Positions 19,401 to 27,502 of a stretch of DNA of 64,000 nt are shown one piece after another; position 1 is the stretch's first letter, and every line of letters begins with the position of its first letter. The notes beneath the pieces were generated by a model. It was not told the origin of the DNA and searched no databases. It saw nothing but the letters and a program-made list of their open reading frames with translations. The stretch lies in NCBI GenBank assembly GCA_036847185.1, contig DAIUAM010000004.1:24861-88860 (forward strand), given 5' to 3'. The position numbers and the translations under genes are program-made. This DNA is from Actinomycetota bacterium. GTDB taxonomy: Bacteria > Actinomycetota > UBA4738.

Positions 19401-19617
19401 CCTCGCCCAGGAGGCCCTGGCTCAGGAGCGCTCCGAGGTCTGGCCGAACCCGGTGGCCTCGCGCGTGTGGTGGGTGGGGAGGCTGTTCGGGCCGGAAGCG
19501 GTAGGCGGGGAAGGGGAGATGGAGGCGGCCCGGGCGACGCTGGAGGCGGCCCATTGGATCGCCGCGCTGAAGGAGCCCGAGCTGGTCCTGGGCAGCCAGG
19601 CACCCGCCCCGGCGTGA
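16483..19617 (+). CDS. Multidomain signalling protein: N-terminal zinc ribbon, class III adenylate/guanylate cyclase domain, NB-ARC/AAA (STAND) NTPase, and a long TPR/alpha-solenoid C-terminus (about 1,040 aa). No HTH domain.
   Basis: CDRCGADLPEGARFCPRCGAP is a CxxC...CxxC ribbon. VTVLFADLAASTE...FVGDAVMAVFG...RVGVNSGAVATG is the cyclase domain with metal Asp residues and transition-state Asn/Arg. ILGEPGIGKTRL is Walker A and LVFDDLH is Walker B. The remaining ~700 aa are helical repeats. Confidence 0.85.
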   Translation: MICDRCGADLPEGARFCPRCGAPVSIATTEERKVVTVLFADLAASTELAASLDAERFREVIAEFFRMASSELLSLRGRAEKFVGDAVMAVFGMPHAHEDDALRAVRAGLIIRDQTARLGEALNLRVPLSVRVGVNSGAVATGSGLGDQFFVSGAAVNLAARLQEAAAPGEVLVGETTWQLARHAVAFGPERLVPARGFAEEVPAWPVESLSPRSSRRTIPLVDRRRELALLTETYERARESPRAHMVTILGEPGIGKTRLVDEFVALLPEEVKVLAGRTSEFEEEPTFAPIAEMIRRVLDVERNAPITVLRQKLHDVVEGCCDVTEVEQVTARLGLALGLGEPAREGQRFRAAEIRAGFLAFLQGYAHGDPVVLVFDDLHHARPALFDLVEQTVRESRRTPLMVVGIARDELLEARPGWGGGLPDSFTIRLEPFAMREATELAVAAGEALDEALAARIAAQAGGNPFFIVETTGMLLDQHEEHLTGALHSHLLPPTVQAVVASRIDHLPEDARDLIRKASVFSKSTFHVSELAYIADPREELLHVLEEAELIVPDPDRPGVWRFRHDMLRDVAYESLPKRERQRLHLLVAEGLERDEPGRYPRVIAYHLAQAAQAALDLDPKDRTLADRAIQALTRAGDLARWRMESGTASEIYEQALVLAGPEEDWGVREARILASLGESRYWRGEYEEAFDVLNRALDLADGDAWTRAMACRFLGDIWLNVREDLDRATLLFDQAMEAARELDDPWVIARVLLMAGWAPYWRDDLAGARAMFEEALRIARDNPEGDRWGQARALTSLTSVISPVGDEVECLELGRRALALGREMNDPFTIAVAQQNVGNSFRRMWELDQSLPAFDESVRIFRDIGARWELASVLGDRAMVFRYLGRLMEAERDLREALDLCRRLHERSLISWTAAELARVLLGRGDRVAARQVLEDPSIMPVTTDIGTRVTASVVESLLALAEGDRDRALRLAQEALAQERSEVWPNPVASRVWWVGRLFGPEAVGGEGEMEAARATLEAAHWIAALKEPELVLGSQAPAPA

Positions 19618-20174
19618 TGGCGAACCACCCGCCGGAGCACGTGGCCAGCGTGGCCTGGCGGCGGCTGGACCATCCCGCCACCGAGTACTGCTCGCTGTGG
19701 GAGGCGGGCGAGCTGGGGTGGGCGGTGGACGGCGTGGTGGTCGGCGCCCTGGACGGCGCACCGTACCGCATCGTGTACCAGATCCACTGCGCCCCGGACT
19801 GGCGGACCGAGCGGTTCGCCCTGCGCCTGGACCGCGGCGACCGGGCCGAGACGCTCGAGCTCTCACGGGCGGAGAGCGTCGAATTCGCAGGGCGCCTGGA
19901 CGCCGACTTGGGCTTCAGCCCTTCGACCAACACGCTGCCGGTCCGGCGTCTGGGGCTCCCGGTGGGCGGATCGGCGGAGATCGAAGCCGCGTGGGTCCGG
20001 TTCCCGGAGCTGGACGTCCTGCCGCTCCGCCAGCGTTACACGCGCCTCGCCGACCGGACCTACCGGTACGAGAGCCTGGACAGCGGATTCGCCCGCGACC
20101 TGTCGGTGGACGAGCACGGGCTGGTGGTCGACTACGCCGGCCTGTGGGAACGCATCGGCGGGGTTGGCGAGTAA
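19617..20174 (+). CDS. DUF1089 / 'putative glycolipid-binding' family protein, translationally coupled to the cyclase-STAND gene (TGATG overlap).
   Basis: VAWRRLDHPATEYCSLWEAGELGWAVDGVVVGALDGAPYRIVYQIHCAPDWRTERFAL matches the conserved W.G.D.P..E.C.L...GW.L.G.VV....G.PYR..Y.I.CD..W.T pattern of this family as I recall it. Length is 185 aa. Confidence 0.65.
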   Translation: MANHPPEHVASVAWRRLDHPATEYCSLWEAGELGWAVDGVVVGALDGAPYRIVYQIHCAPDWRTERFALRLDRGDRAETLELSRAESVEFAGRLDADLGFSPSTNTLPVRRLGLPVGGSAEIEAAWVRFPELDVLPLRQRYTRLADRTYRYESLDSGFARDLSVDEHGLVVDYAGLWERIGGVGE

Positions 20175-20184
20175 CCTTCGAGCC

Positions 20185-21357
20185 ATGGACTTCGACCTCA
20201 CCCGGGAGCAGGAGGAGTTCCGCAAGGCGGTGCGCGAGTTCGCCGAAGAGGTCATCGCGCCCCGGGCGGAGGAGATGGACCGGCTGGAGGAGCTCCCCGT
20301 CGACATCGTGAAACAGATGGGCCAGATGGGGTTGTTCGGCCTGCCCTTCCCCGAGGAGTATGGGGGCCAGGGTGCCGACTTCCTGACGTTCTCCATCGCC
20401 GTCGAAGAGATCGCCCGGATCGATTCGTCGATGGCCATCACGCTGGAGGCCGGCGTGGGTCTCGGGGCCAACCCGATCTACCACTTCGGGACCGAGGACC
20501 AGAAGCAGCGCTGGCTGGTCCCGATGTGCCGCGGCGAGATGCTGGGGGCGTTCGGCCTGACCGAGCCCGGCGGCGGATCGGATGCCGGTTCGACCAAGAC
20601 GAGCGCCAGGCTGGAGAGCGGCGAGTGGGTGATCAACGGCTCGAAGTCGTTCATCACGAACTCGGGCACGGAGATCACCGGGCTCTGCACGGTGACGGCG
20701 GTGACGGGCATCGCGCCGGGAGGGCACAAGGAGATCAGCGCGATCATCGTGCCGGCGGGCACCGCCGGGTTCGAGGTGGGCGCGTCGTACCGGAAGGTCG
20801 GATGGCACGCCTCCGACACGCACGAGCTCGCGTTCAACGACTGCCGTGTGCCCGAGGCGAACCTGGTCGGCGAACGCGGGAAGGGGTACGCGCAGTTCCT
20901 GCAGACGCTCGACGACGGGCGGATCGCGGTGGCCGCGCTGGGGACCGGGCTGGCCCAGGGCTGTCTGGACGAATGCCTGAAGTACTCGAAGGAGCGTCAC
21001 GCGTTCGGCCGGCCGATCGGTTCGTTCCAGGCGCTGCAGTTCAAGATCGCGGACATGAAGGTGGCGGTGGAGAACGCGCGGATGGCGACCTATCGGGCGG
21101 CGTGGCTCCGCGACCGGGGCCGTCCCTACAAGGCCGAAGCCGCCAGAGCCAAGCTGTACGCCAGCGAGATCGCGGTCACGTGCGCCCGCGAGGCCGTCCA
21201 GATCCACGGGGCGTACGGCTACATGGAGGACTTCCCGGTGGCCCGCTACTACCGCGACTCGAAGGTGCTGGAGATCGGTGAGGGGACCAGCGAGATCATG
21301 CGGTGGATCATCGCCCGGGACTTGGGCCTGCCGGAGGCTCCCGAGGCGCACGCGTAG
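20185..21357 (+). CDS. Acyl-CoA dehydrogenase (short/branched-chain type, isovaleryl-CoA dehydrogenase-like by context).
   Basis: The ACAD N/M/C domains are present: FGLTEPGGGSDAGS, ...GSKSFITNSG..., and the C-terminal YGYMEDFPVARYYRDSKVLEIGEGTSEI with the catalytic Glu. The ATG at 20185 was preferred over the TTG at 20164. Confidence 0.9.
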   Translation: MDFDLTREQEEFRKAVREFAEEVIAPRAEEMDRLEELPVDIVKQMGQMGLFGLPFPEEYGGQGADFLTFSIAVEEIARIDSSMAITLEAGVGLGANPIYHFGTEDQKQRWLVPMCRGEMLGAFGLTEPGGGSDAGSTKTSARLESGEWVINGSKSFITNSGTEITGLCTVTAVTGIAPGGHKEISAIIVPAGTAGFEVGASYRKVGWHASDTHELAFNDCRVPEANLVGERGKGYAQFLQTLDDGRIAVAALGTGLAQGCLDECLKYSKERHAFGRPIGSFQALQFKIADMKVAVENARMATYRAAWLRDRGRPYKAEAARAKLYASEIAVTCAREAVQIHGAYGYMEDFPVARYYRDSKVLEIGEGTSEIMRWIIARDLGLPEAPEAHA

Positions 21358-22716
21358 GGCGCCGCCAAGCCTTACCTCCCCCGACCTCGTGCAGACGGGC
21401 CTGGAGGAACGAGACGTCGGCGGGGTTGGTGGCCAGGTCGATCGCCCGACGGTAGGCCGACGCGGCCTCGTCGTACCGCTCCGCCCGGCGGAGCAGCGCG
21501 GCCCGGGACGAATGCAGCAGGGAGTAGCCGTCCAGCGCTCCCGACGCCGCCAGCTCGTCCATCATCTCCAGCCCCCGCGCGAGGTCGCCGGCCATCGCCA
21601 CCGCCACCGCGCGATTGAGCTCCACCACCGGAGAGGGGGAGACGCGAGCAAGCATGCCGTACAGCGAGGCGATCCGTGCCCAGTTCGTGCCCGACGGCTC
21701 GACCGCCGAGGCGTGCGCGGCCGCGATCGACGCCTGCAGCTGGTACGGCCCAACCCGCCAGAACCTCGCCGAGCGGGCCACCAGGTGCAGGCCCTCCGCG
21801 ATCTCCGCGCGGTCCCACACCGACCGGTCCTGCTCTCCAACAGGACGATGGTGCCGTCGGCCGAGACACGGGCGTCCCGCCGGGAGTCCTGGAGCAGCAT
21901 CAGCGCGAGCAGGCCGAGCGCCTCCGGTTCGTCCGGCATGAACTCGACGACGAACCGGCCCAACCGGATCGCCTCTCCGCACAGCTCCCGCCGGACGATG
22001 GAGGGGGACGACGTCGCCGAGTATCCCTCGTTGAACACCAGATACAGCACGGCCAACACCGACCGGAGCCGCTCGGGAAGGAGATGGTCCGCCGGCACGC
22101 GGAACGGGATGGCCGCCTCCCGGATCTTCCGCTTCGCCCGAACCAGCCGCTGGGCCATGGTCGGCACGGGGACCAGGAACGCCCGGGCGATCTCCTCCGT
22201 GGTGAGGCCGCCCAAGGACCGGAGGGTGAGTGCAACCTGTGCCTCGGGCGCCAGGGCCGGATGGCAGCAGGTGAAGATCAGCGTCAGCCGTTCGTCCGGG
22301 ATCGCCGTCGCGCCGCCTTCCTCTCCGAGGCCTCTCGCGCCCACTGACCCGCGGGCATCGGTCGCGGACGCTTCTCGGGCCGCCTCCGCTTCGAGTTGCA
22401 GCCGCTTCTCCGCAAGGCGCTTCTCGCGCCGGAGCCTGTCGATGGCCCGGTTCCGGGCGGTCGTGGTGATCCACGCTCCGGGGTTGCGCGGCACCCCGAT
22501 CGCGGGCCACCGTTCCAAGGCGATAGCGAATGCCTCCTGCACGGCTTCCTCGGCCAGGTCGAAGTCGCCGAGTACCCGGATGAGTGTGGCCACCGATCGG
22601 CCCCACTCCTCACGGAAGACCCGCCCGACCAGCTCGGCTGCCGCGCTCGAGCCACCGTCCCCGCCGGCGCGGCCCGAAGCGCCGCCGGTCGGCGGGCGCC
22701 GTTCCTCCTCACGCAT
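21308..22716 (-). pseudogene. ECF-type sigma-70 family factor with a long C-terminal (DUF6596/TPR-like) extension, disrupted by a 1-nt frameshift near 21835. The track shows it as the overlapping ORFs 21562..22716 and 21308..22606.
   Basis: The N-terminal frame has sigma region 2 ([30 protein letters not shown]) and region 4 ([36 protein letters not shown]), then YLVFNEGY...GTIVLLE. The other frame continues ...[21 protein letters not shown]...[14 protein letters not shown]... Inserting 1 nt in GAG^AGC restores [11 protein letters not shown]. Confidence 0.6.
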
Positions 22717-23004
22717 GTGGACGCACCTCGATCGCCCCGGGCACGCGGGCAGGATAACGAGTTTCTACGGATTGACTACTTGTGGGCTAGGCCGGATGGA
22801 CTATCCAAAGTCACACCGAACGCTCTATTGCTACGGCGAGGGAGACTTAGGTACCGTTTGTTACCTCGATCGGGGTGATCGAGGGGGGACCAAATGGGCG
22901 AGGCACCAGGGATGAAGCGTCACCGCGGTTCGATCCGCGTTCGCTTGAGCTGTTCTTTCAGCACCTCCTGGTTGCGTACGCCCCGAGCAGGTAGGTAGAG
23001 GGGG

Positions 23005-25137
23005 ATGTACATGTCAGGTCAACGAAACGTCAAACGGATCCTCGTCGTGGTGGCGGTGCTGGCCGGGGTCGTGGTGCCCCTGCAGCCTCTGCTGGCGCAT
23101 GCCGCCTTTGCCGGTGGAACCCCAGCGCTGTCCACCGACAAGCCCGACTACTCGCCCGAGGAGACGGTGCAGGTCGCCGGCGCAGGCTTCACGGCCGGCA
23201 GCTACGCCATCCCGATCCTTCGTCCGGATGGGACGATGGTCACCGGTGACGGCACGTTCACTGCCGGCTGGGATCTCACCACGGCCGATGGGTCCGGGGC
23301 CTTCTCGTATGCCTACCAGCTCGACGGGGTCCAGGGGACGTACGAGGTCAGGGCCTACCCGCCCGATTGGTCCGGAGACTGGACCCAGACGCCGATCACC
23401 TCGGTCACGTTCACCGACGCTCAGGCGAACCTCGACCAGTGCCGGAACGGCCCCCTCAGCGCCCCCGTTCAATGCACGGGCAGCGCCTGGGCGAATGGCG
23501 ACTCACAGGCGACGCAAGCTCACTGGCGGGAGGGCGACTCGCTCCCGTACCGGATACGTCTGTCCAACCTCACCACGGGCACCCACACGCTCGGCATCCA
23601 GTGGGACACGACGAAGGGCGGCAAGCACGCCCTCGACTACCTGACGAGCTACGACCGGACCGAGACCACCGCCGACCCCTGCTCGGGAGTGACCGGCTGC
23701 GCGACGGCCACCACCTTCCCGATCCCCGCCGACCCCAACGTGACGGTTCCCCAGGTTGCCGGGTCGTTCGCCTGCTTCAGTTGCACGATCACCGCGGCCT
23801 CGGCATATACGCTCTCCGGCACCTACGCGGGCGACAGCTCGACGTCGATCACCCTCACGTTCGACACCTCGGTGTCGACCCCAGTGATCGCCTGGGGCGG
23901 TCACATCGCGGCACAAGAGGACTGGGGTCTGGGGAACTCGGCGGGCTCGATCAACGGCTCGCCGTACCACACGGCGCTGCTCGATCTCGACGGCAAGGGT
24001 GGCAAGCAGGACCGAGGGCTCGCGGCCGCGGCGGTGCTGCCCGTCCCGTCGTCGATCACCACACAGGTGAGTAACTCGACGATCAACCCGGGCGACTCGG
24101 TGACCGATCTGGCCACGGTCACCGGCGCGACGATCACGCCGACCGGCACGGTGACGTTCTTCGCCTGCGGCCCGTCGGCGAGCCCCCCCGACTGCTCGAC
24201 CGGAGGGGCGCAGGTCGGGACTCCCGTCACGCTGGTCGGGGGCCAGGCCACGTCGGATCCGTTCACCCCCGGCACGAGCGCGTCGGCCGACGGTACGTAC
24301 TGCTTCCGCGCGGCGTACACGCCGGACCCCACGGCTCCCTACTCGCCCAACACGGAGACGAACACCACGACGGAGTGCTTCACGCAGCTCGTCGCCGGTA
24401 TCGCCATCGTGAAGACGGCCGACAAGAAGATCGTCTCGCCGACCGATCAGATCGGGTTCAAGATCAAGGTGACCAGCACGGGGCCGGGCGACGCCTACGA
24501 CGTGATGCTGAACGATCCGCTGCCGACCAACGCCCAGGGGATCTCCTGGTCGATCGCCGGTGGGACCGGGGCTGGTGACTGCCAGATCATCAGCGGTCCC
24601 ATCCTGACCTGCGACTTCGGGACCATGTCGGCGGGCGCCACCTTCACCGTTCACGTGGTGTCGCCCACCGGCATTCAGAGCCCGTGCGACCCGAACCTCC
24701 CGAACACGGCGACGGTGACCACGAGCAACGCCGGCAGCGCGCAGGCCAGGGCATACGTCAAACTGCTGTGCACGAAGGTGTCTCTCAGCCTCACGGCCGA
24801 CTCTTCGGTCGCGACGGCCGGGGACACGATCGGATTCACTGGCGTGGTCAAGAGCTACGAGAAGGGTGCTGCCTACGGGGTGACGCTGACCGACACCCTG
24901 CCGGCGAATGGAGGACTGGTCTGGACGATCGACACGGTGAATTCCGACGCCGGGTGCAGCATCTCCTCAGGTGTCCTCACCTGCTCTTGGGGAACGATCG
25001 GCACCCAACAGAGTCGTCGGGTCCACATCACGTCCCCGACGTCCGGGGCCGTGATCGTCCACAACTCGGCGACCCTGACGAGCACGAACGCCGCGAATAC
25101 GCCACTCACCGCCAGCAGGTCGATCCAGGTGGTGTAG
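23005..25137 (+). CDS. Large secreted/cell-surface protein (710 aa) with a signal peptide and DUF11 (conserved repeat) domains; Thr/Ser/Gly-rich.
   Basis: The N-terminus KRILVVVAVLAGVVVPLQPLLAHAAFAGG is a signal peptide. The C-terminal half contains IVKTADKKIVSPTDQIGFKIKVTSTGPGDAYDVMLNDPLP and a second ...YEKGAAYGVTLTDTLPANG...; both match the DUF11 repeat pattern. Confidence 0.85.
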   Translation: MYMSGQRNVKRILVVVAVLAGVVVPLQPLLAHAAFAGGTPALSTDKPDYSPEETVQVAGAGFTAGSYAIPILRPDGTMVTGDGTFTAGWDLTTADGSGAFSYAYQLDGVQGTYEVRAYPPDWSGDWTQTPITSVTFTDAQANLDQCRNGPLSAPVQCTGSAWANGDSQATQAHWREGDSLPYRIRLSNLTTGTHTLGIQWDTTKGGKHALDYLTSYDRTETTADPCSGVTGCATATTFPIPADPNVTVPQVAGSFACFSCTITAASAYTLSGTYAGDSSTSITLTFDTSVSTPVIAWGGHIAAQEDWGLGNSAGSINGSPYHTALLDLDGKGGKQDRGLAAAAVLPVPSSITTQVSNSTINPGDSVTDLATVTGATITPTGTVTFFACGPSASPPDCSTGGAQVGTPVTLVGGQATSDPFTPGTSASADGTYCFRAAYTPDPTAPYSPNTETNTTTECFTQLVAGIAIVKTADKKIVSPTDQIGFKIKVTSTGPGDAYDVMLNDPLPTNAQGISWSIAGGTGAGDCQIISGPILTCDFGTMSAGATFTVHVVSPTGIQSPCDPNLPNTATVTTSNAGSAQARAYVKLLCTKVSLSLTADSSVATAGDTIGFTGVVKSYEKGAAYGVTLTDTLPANGGLVWTIDTVNSDAGCSISSGVLTCSWGTIGTQQSRRVHITSPTSGAVIVHNSATLTSTNAANTPLTASRSIQVV

Positions 25138-25172
25138 TCGTTGCGGGGCGCCGCGAGGCGCGACCGAAACCC

Positions 25173-25205
25173 AGGAAGGGGGCGCGGCATCCGCGCCCCC
25201 TTCCT
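25173..25205. terminator. Perfect 15-bp stem / 3-nt loop hairpin (AGGAAGGGGGCGCGG-cat-CCGCGCCCCCTTCCT) between convergent genes; probably a bidirectional intrinsic terminator.
   Basis: Read directly from the sequence. It lies 36 nt after the DUF11 gene stop and 15 nt after the convergent YCII gene stop. There is a TTCCTTCC tail but no long U-tract, which is common in high-GC genomes. Confidence 0.55.
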
Positions 25206-25219
25206 TCCATGCTGGGTAC

Positions 25220-25582
25220 TCACGTGGGCTGGTCGCCCTCGTGCACCACGGGCCGGATCTCGATCGCCCCGTGCCGGGCGCCCGGGATCTTCGCAGCCAT
25301 CTCGATCGCCTCGTCCATGTCCCTACATTCGAGCAGGAAGAACCCGCCGAGCTGTTCCTTCGTCTCCGCGAACGGTCCGTCGGTCACCAGCGTCTCGCCG
25401 TCCCGAACCCGGACCGTGGTGGCGGTCGTTGAGCTCTTCAGCTCGTCGCCGCCCCGCATCACCCCGCGCGCTTCGGCCTCCCGCGCGAACGTTTCGTACT
25501 CCCCGCGGGACGCCGCCCGCACCTCCTCAGGCACGTTCTCCCAGTCGCTCTCGTCCGCGTAGATCAACAGGGCGTACTGCAT
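25220..25582 (-). CDS. YCII-related (DGPF) domain protein, 120 aa.
   Basis: MQYALLIY...GGDELKSS...DGPFAETKEQLGGFFLLEC.DMDEAIE.A..IP shows the canonical YciI-like motifs, including the DGPF signature. Confidence 0.8.
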   Translation of the reverse strand: MQYALLIYADESDWENVPEEVRAASRGEYETFAREAEARGVMRGGDELKSSTTATTVRVRDGETLVTDGPFAETKEQLGGFFLLECRDMDEAIEMAAKIPGARHGAIEIRPVVHEGDQPT

Positions 25583-25776
25583 CCCTCCGCCTCCTCTTTC
25601 ACCTCGACGCCTCTGGATCCGCCGCTCAGCCTATCGACGAATGAACCTCGCCCGCATCGACAGCGTTCCTGGCCGGGCACGGGCTCAAGGGCCCAACCGG
25701 CTCCGCCGACACCCACAGGAGATGCATGCATCGGATCCGACCCATGCACGTCCACCCAGCTTGCCTTGACAGAGCG

Positions 25777-26991
25777 ATGACCAGTCGAGTAGGTAGTAGC
25801 TTCGTGAATGCCGCTCGCTTCCCCCGAACGGCCCGGGCGGTGGGCCTGGTGGCGTGTGCCCTGCTCGTGGTGGCGCTGGCCGCGCCTCCCGGGCTGGCCG
25901 ACACCCAGGCCCAGTTGGACGCCGCCCAGAAGCAGCTCAAGGACCTGGTGACCAAGGTGGACGCGGAGAACGCGGTCGTCCTGGGCGACGAAGCGGCCGC
26001 GAACGTCCTGGCCCAGCAGATCGATGCGGTGCAGAGTCAGTTGAGCCGGACGCAGAGCAAGGTCGTCGGCCTCGAGCAGGACATCCGCCATGCGATCGAG
26101 TCCCTCCAGGCGGTCCAGGCGCAACTCGATGACCGGGCCTGGGCGGCGTACGAGAGCGGGCCCGGCAACAGCATGGACTTCGTGCTCGGGGCCACGTCCT
26201 TGGCCGACCTCAACGAGCGCCTGGCCATCGTGAACAACGCCGCTGCCAGCGACGAGGACCTCATCACGCAGATCCACGCTCAGCGGGTCGCGCTCAGCAA
26301 CCGCCAGACCAACCTGGAGATCCTCGAGTCCAAGCAGCAAGCCGAACAGGCTCAGCTCACCGACGAGGAAGGCCAGGCCCAGGTCAAGCTGGCCGATGCC
26401 CAGACAGTCCTGGCGACGCTGAACTCGGACAAGGCGAAGGCCGACGCGCTGGTGAACAAGTTGAAGAAGCAGCGGGCTGCCGAGATCGCAGCCGAGAAGG
26501 CCGCCCTGGCCGCCTTGGACGCGGGTGGGGCGCACGGTGGGCCTTCCATCTCCGGCGTCCTCCTGCGCTGTCCCGTCCAGGGGCCGCACGCCTACAGTGA
26601 CGACTTCGGGGCGCCCCGCTTCAGCGGAGGCTTCCATCTCCACGCTGGGAACGACATCCTGGCCCCGCTGGGCACGCCGATCGTGGCGCCGTTCCCCGGG
26701 ACCGCCACCGCATCCCCGAACGGGCTGGGCGGCAACGCGGTCATCGTGACCGGCGCGATCGGCTACGTGTACAACGCCCACCTCGACCGGTACGGCAAGC
26801 TCGGCGCGGTCACCACGGGTGACGTCATCGGCTACGTGGGCAACACCGGCGACGCAGCCGGCGGCCCGACCCACGACCACTTCGAGTTCCATCCCAACGT
26901 GATCCCGGCCAACCCATGGAAGAGCCCATACGGCGCTACGGTGGTCAACGGGGCGATCGACCCCTACCCGTTCCTGAACTCGGTCTGCTAG
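25777..26991 (+). CDS. Secreted M23 family (LytM-like) metallopeptidase with an N-terminal coiled-coil region.
   Basis: There is a signal peptide (LVACALLVVALAAPPGLA) and about 200 aa of heptad-rich sequence (AQ/LQ repeats). The C-terminal M23 motifs are HLHAGNDI...G.P and GYVGNTGDAAGGPTHDHFEF (HxxxD / HxH). Start alternatives are 25726 and 25744. Confidence 0.8.
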   Translation: MTSRVGSSFVNAARFPRTARAVGLVACALLVVALAAPPGLADTQAQLDAAQKQLKDLVTKVDAENAVVLGDEAAANVLAQQIDAVQSQLSRTQSKVVGLEQDIRHAIESLQAVQAQLDDRAWAAYESGPGNSMDFVLGATSLADLNERLAIVNNAAASDEDLITQIHAQRVALSNRQTNLEILESKQQAEQAQLTDEEGQAQVKLADAQTVLATLNSDKAKADALVNKLKKQRAAEIAAEKAALAALDAGGAHGGPSISGVLLRCPVQGPHAYSDDFGAPRFSGGFHLHAGNDILAPLGTPIVAPFPGTATASPNGLGGNAVIVTGAIGYVYNAHLDRYGKLGAVTTGDVIGYVGNTGDAAGGPTHDHFEFHPNVIPANPWKSPYGATVVNGAIDPYPFLNSVC

Positions 26992-26997
26992 ACGACG

Positions 26998-27450
26998 ATG
27001 AAGAAGCAGGTTGGCATCGTTGGCGCCCTGCTCGCCACCGGTGCGCTCGTGATCGCCTTCCATGGACACGGCGACGCGCAAGCGGCGGGACAACCACCGT
27101 TTACGACGGGCACAGCCGACGGTCAGGCGTTCGGCGGTGCGGGGATCACCCTCCAGCCGACGACAGCAAGTCCGGTTCTCTCGGAGAGCGAGGCGCTCAC
27201 CGATGCGTGGGAGCACAACCCGTGGGGGGACAAGCAGGCGTCAGCACTAGCCATACTCGGCATGGCGACGCCGAATCCGGGGCTCGGCATGCTGGCCAAG
27301 CCAACGCTGGTGTGGGCCATCGTCTATGACAACGCCTGCATTCCCGTGCTGGGGCCCGGCGGTGGGCCGCCGCAATGCGGCGCGAAGGGAGCTGTGTTCG
27401 TCGACGCCACAAGCGGTGAGATTCTTGGCAGCGAAGCTCCGGTCGTGTAA
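26998..27450 (+). CDS. Hypothetical secreted protein (150 aa) immediately downstream of the M23 peptidase.
   Basis: MKKQVGIVGALLATGALVIAFHGHG is a signal peptide. There is no family match. The start lies 6 nt after the upstream stop, so it is probably co-transcribed. Confidence 0.55.
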   Translation: MKKQVGIVGALLATGALVIAFHGHGDAQAAGQPPFTTGTADGQAFGGAGITLQPTTASPVLSESEALTDAWEHNPWGDKQASALAILGMATPNPGLGMLAKPTLVWAIVYDNACIPVLGPGGGPPQCGAKGAVFVDATSGEILGSEAPVV

Positions 27451-27502
27451 CCGTACCGGGGTCGCTTGATCGCTCTGTTGCGCCCACGAGAAGGAAAAGG
27501 TG

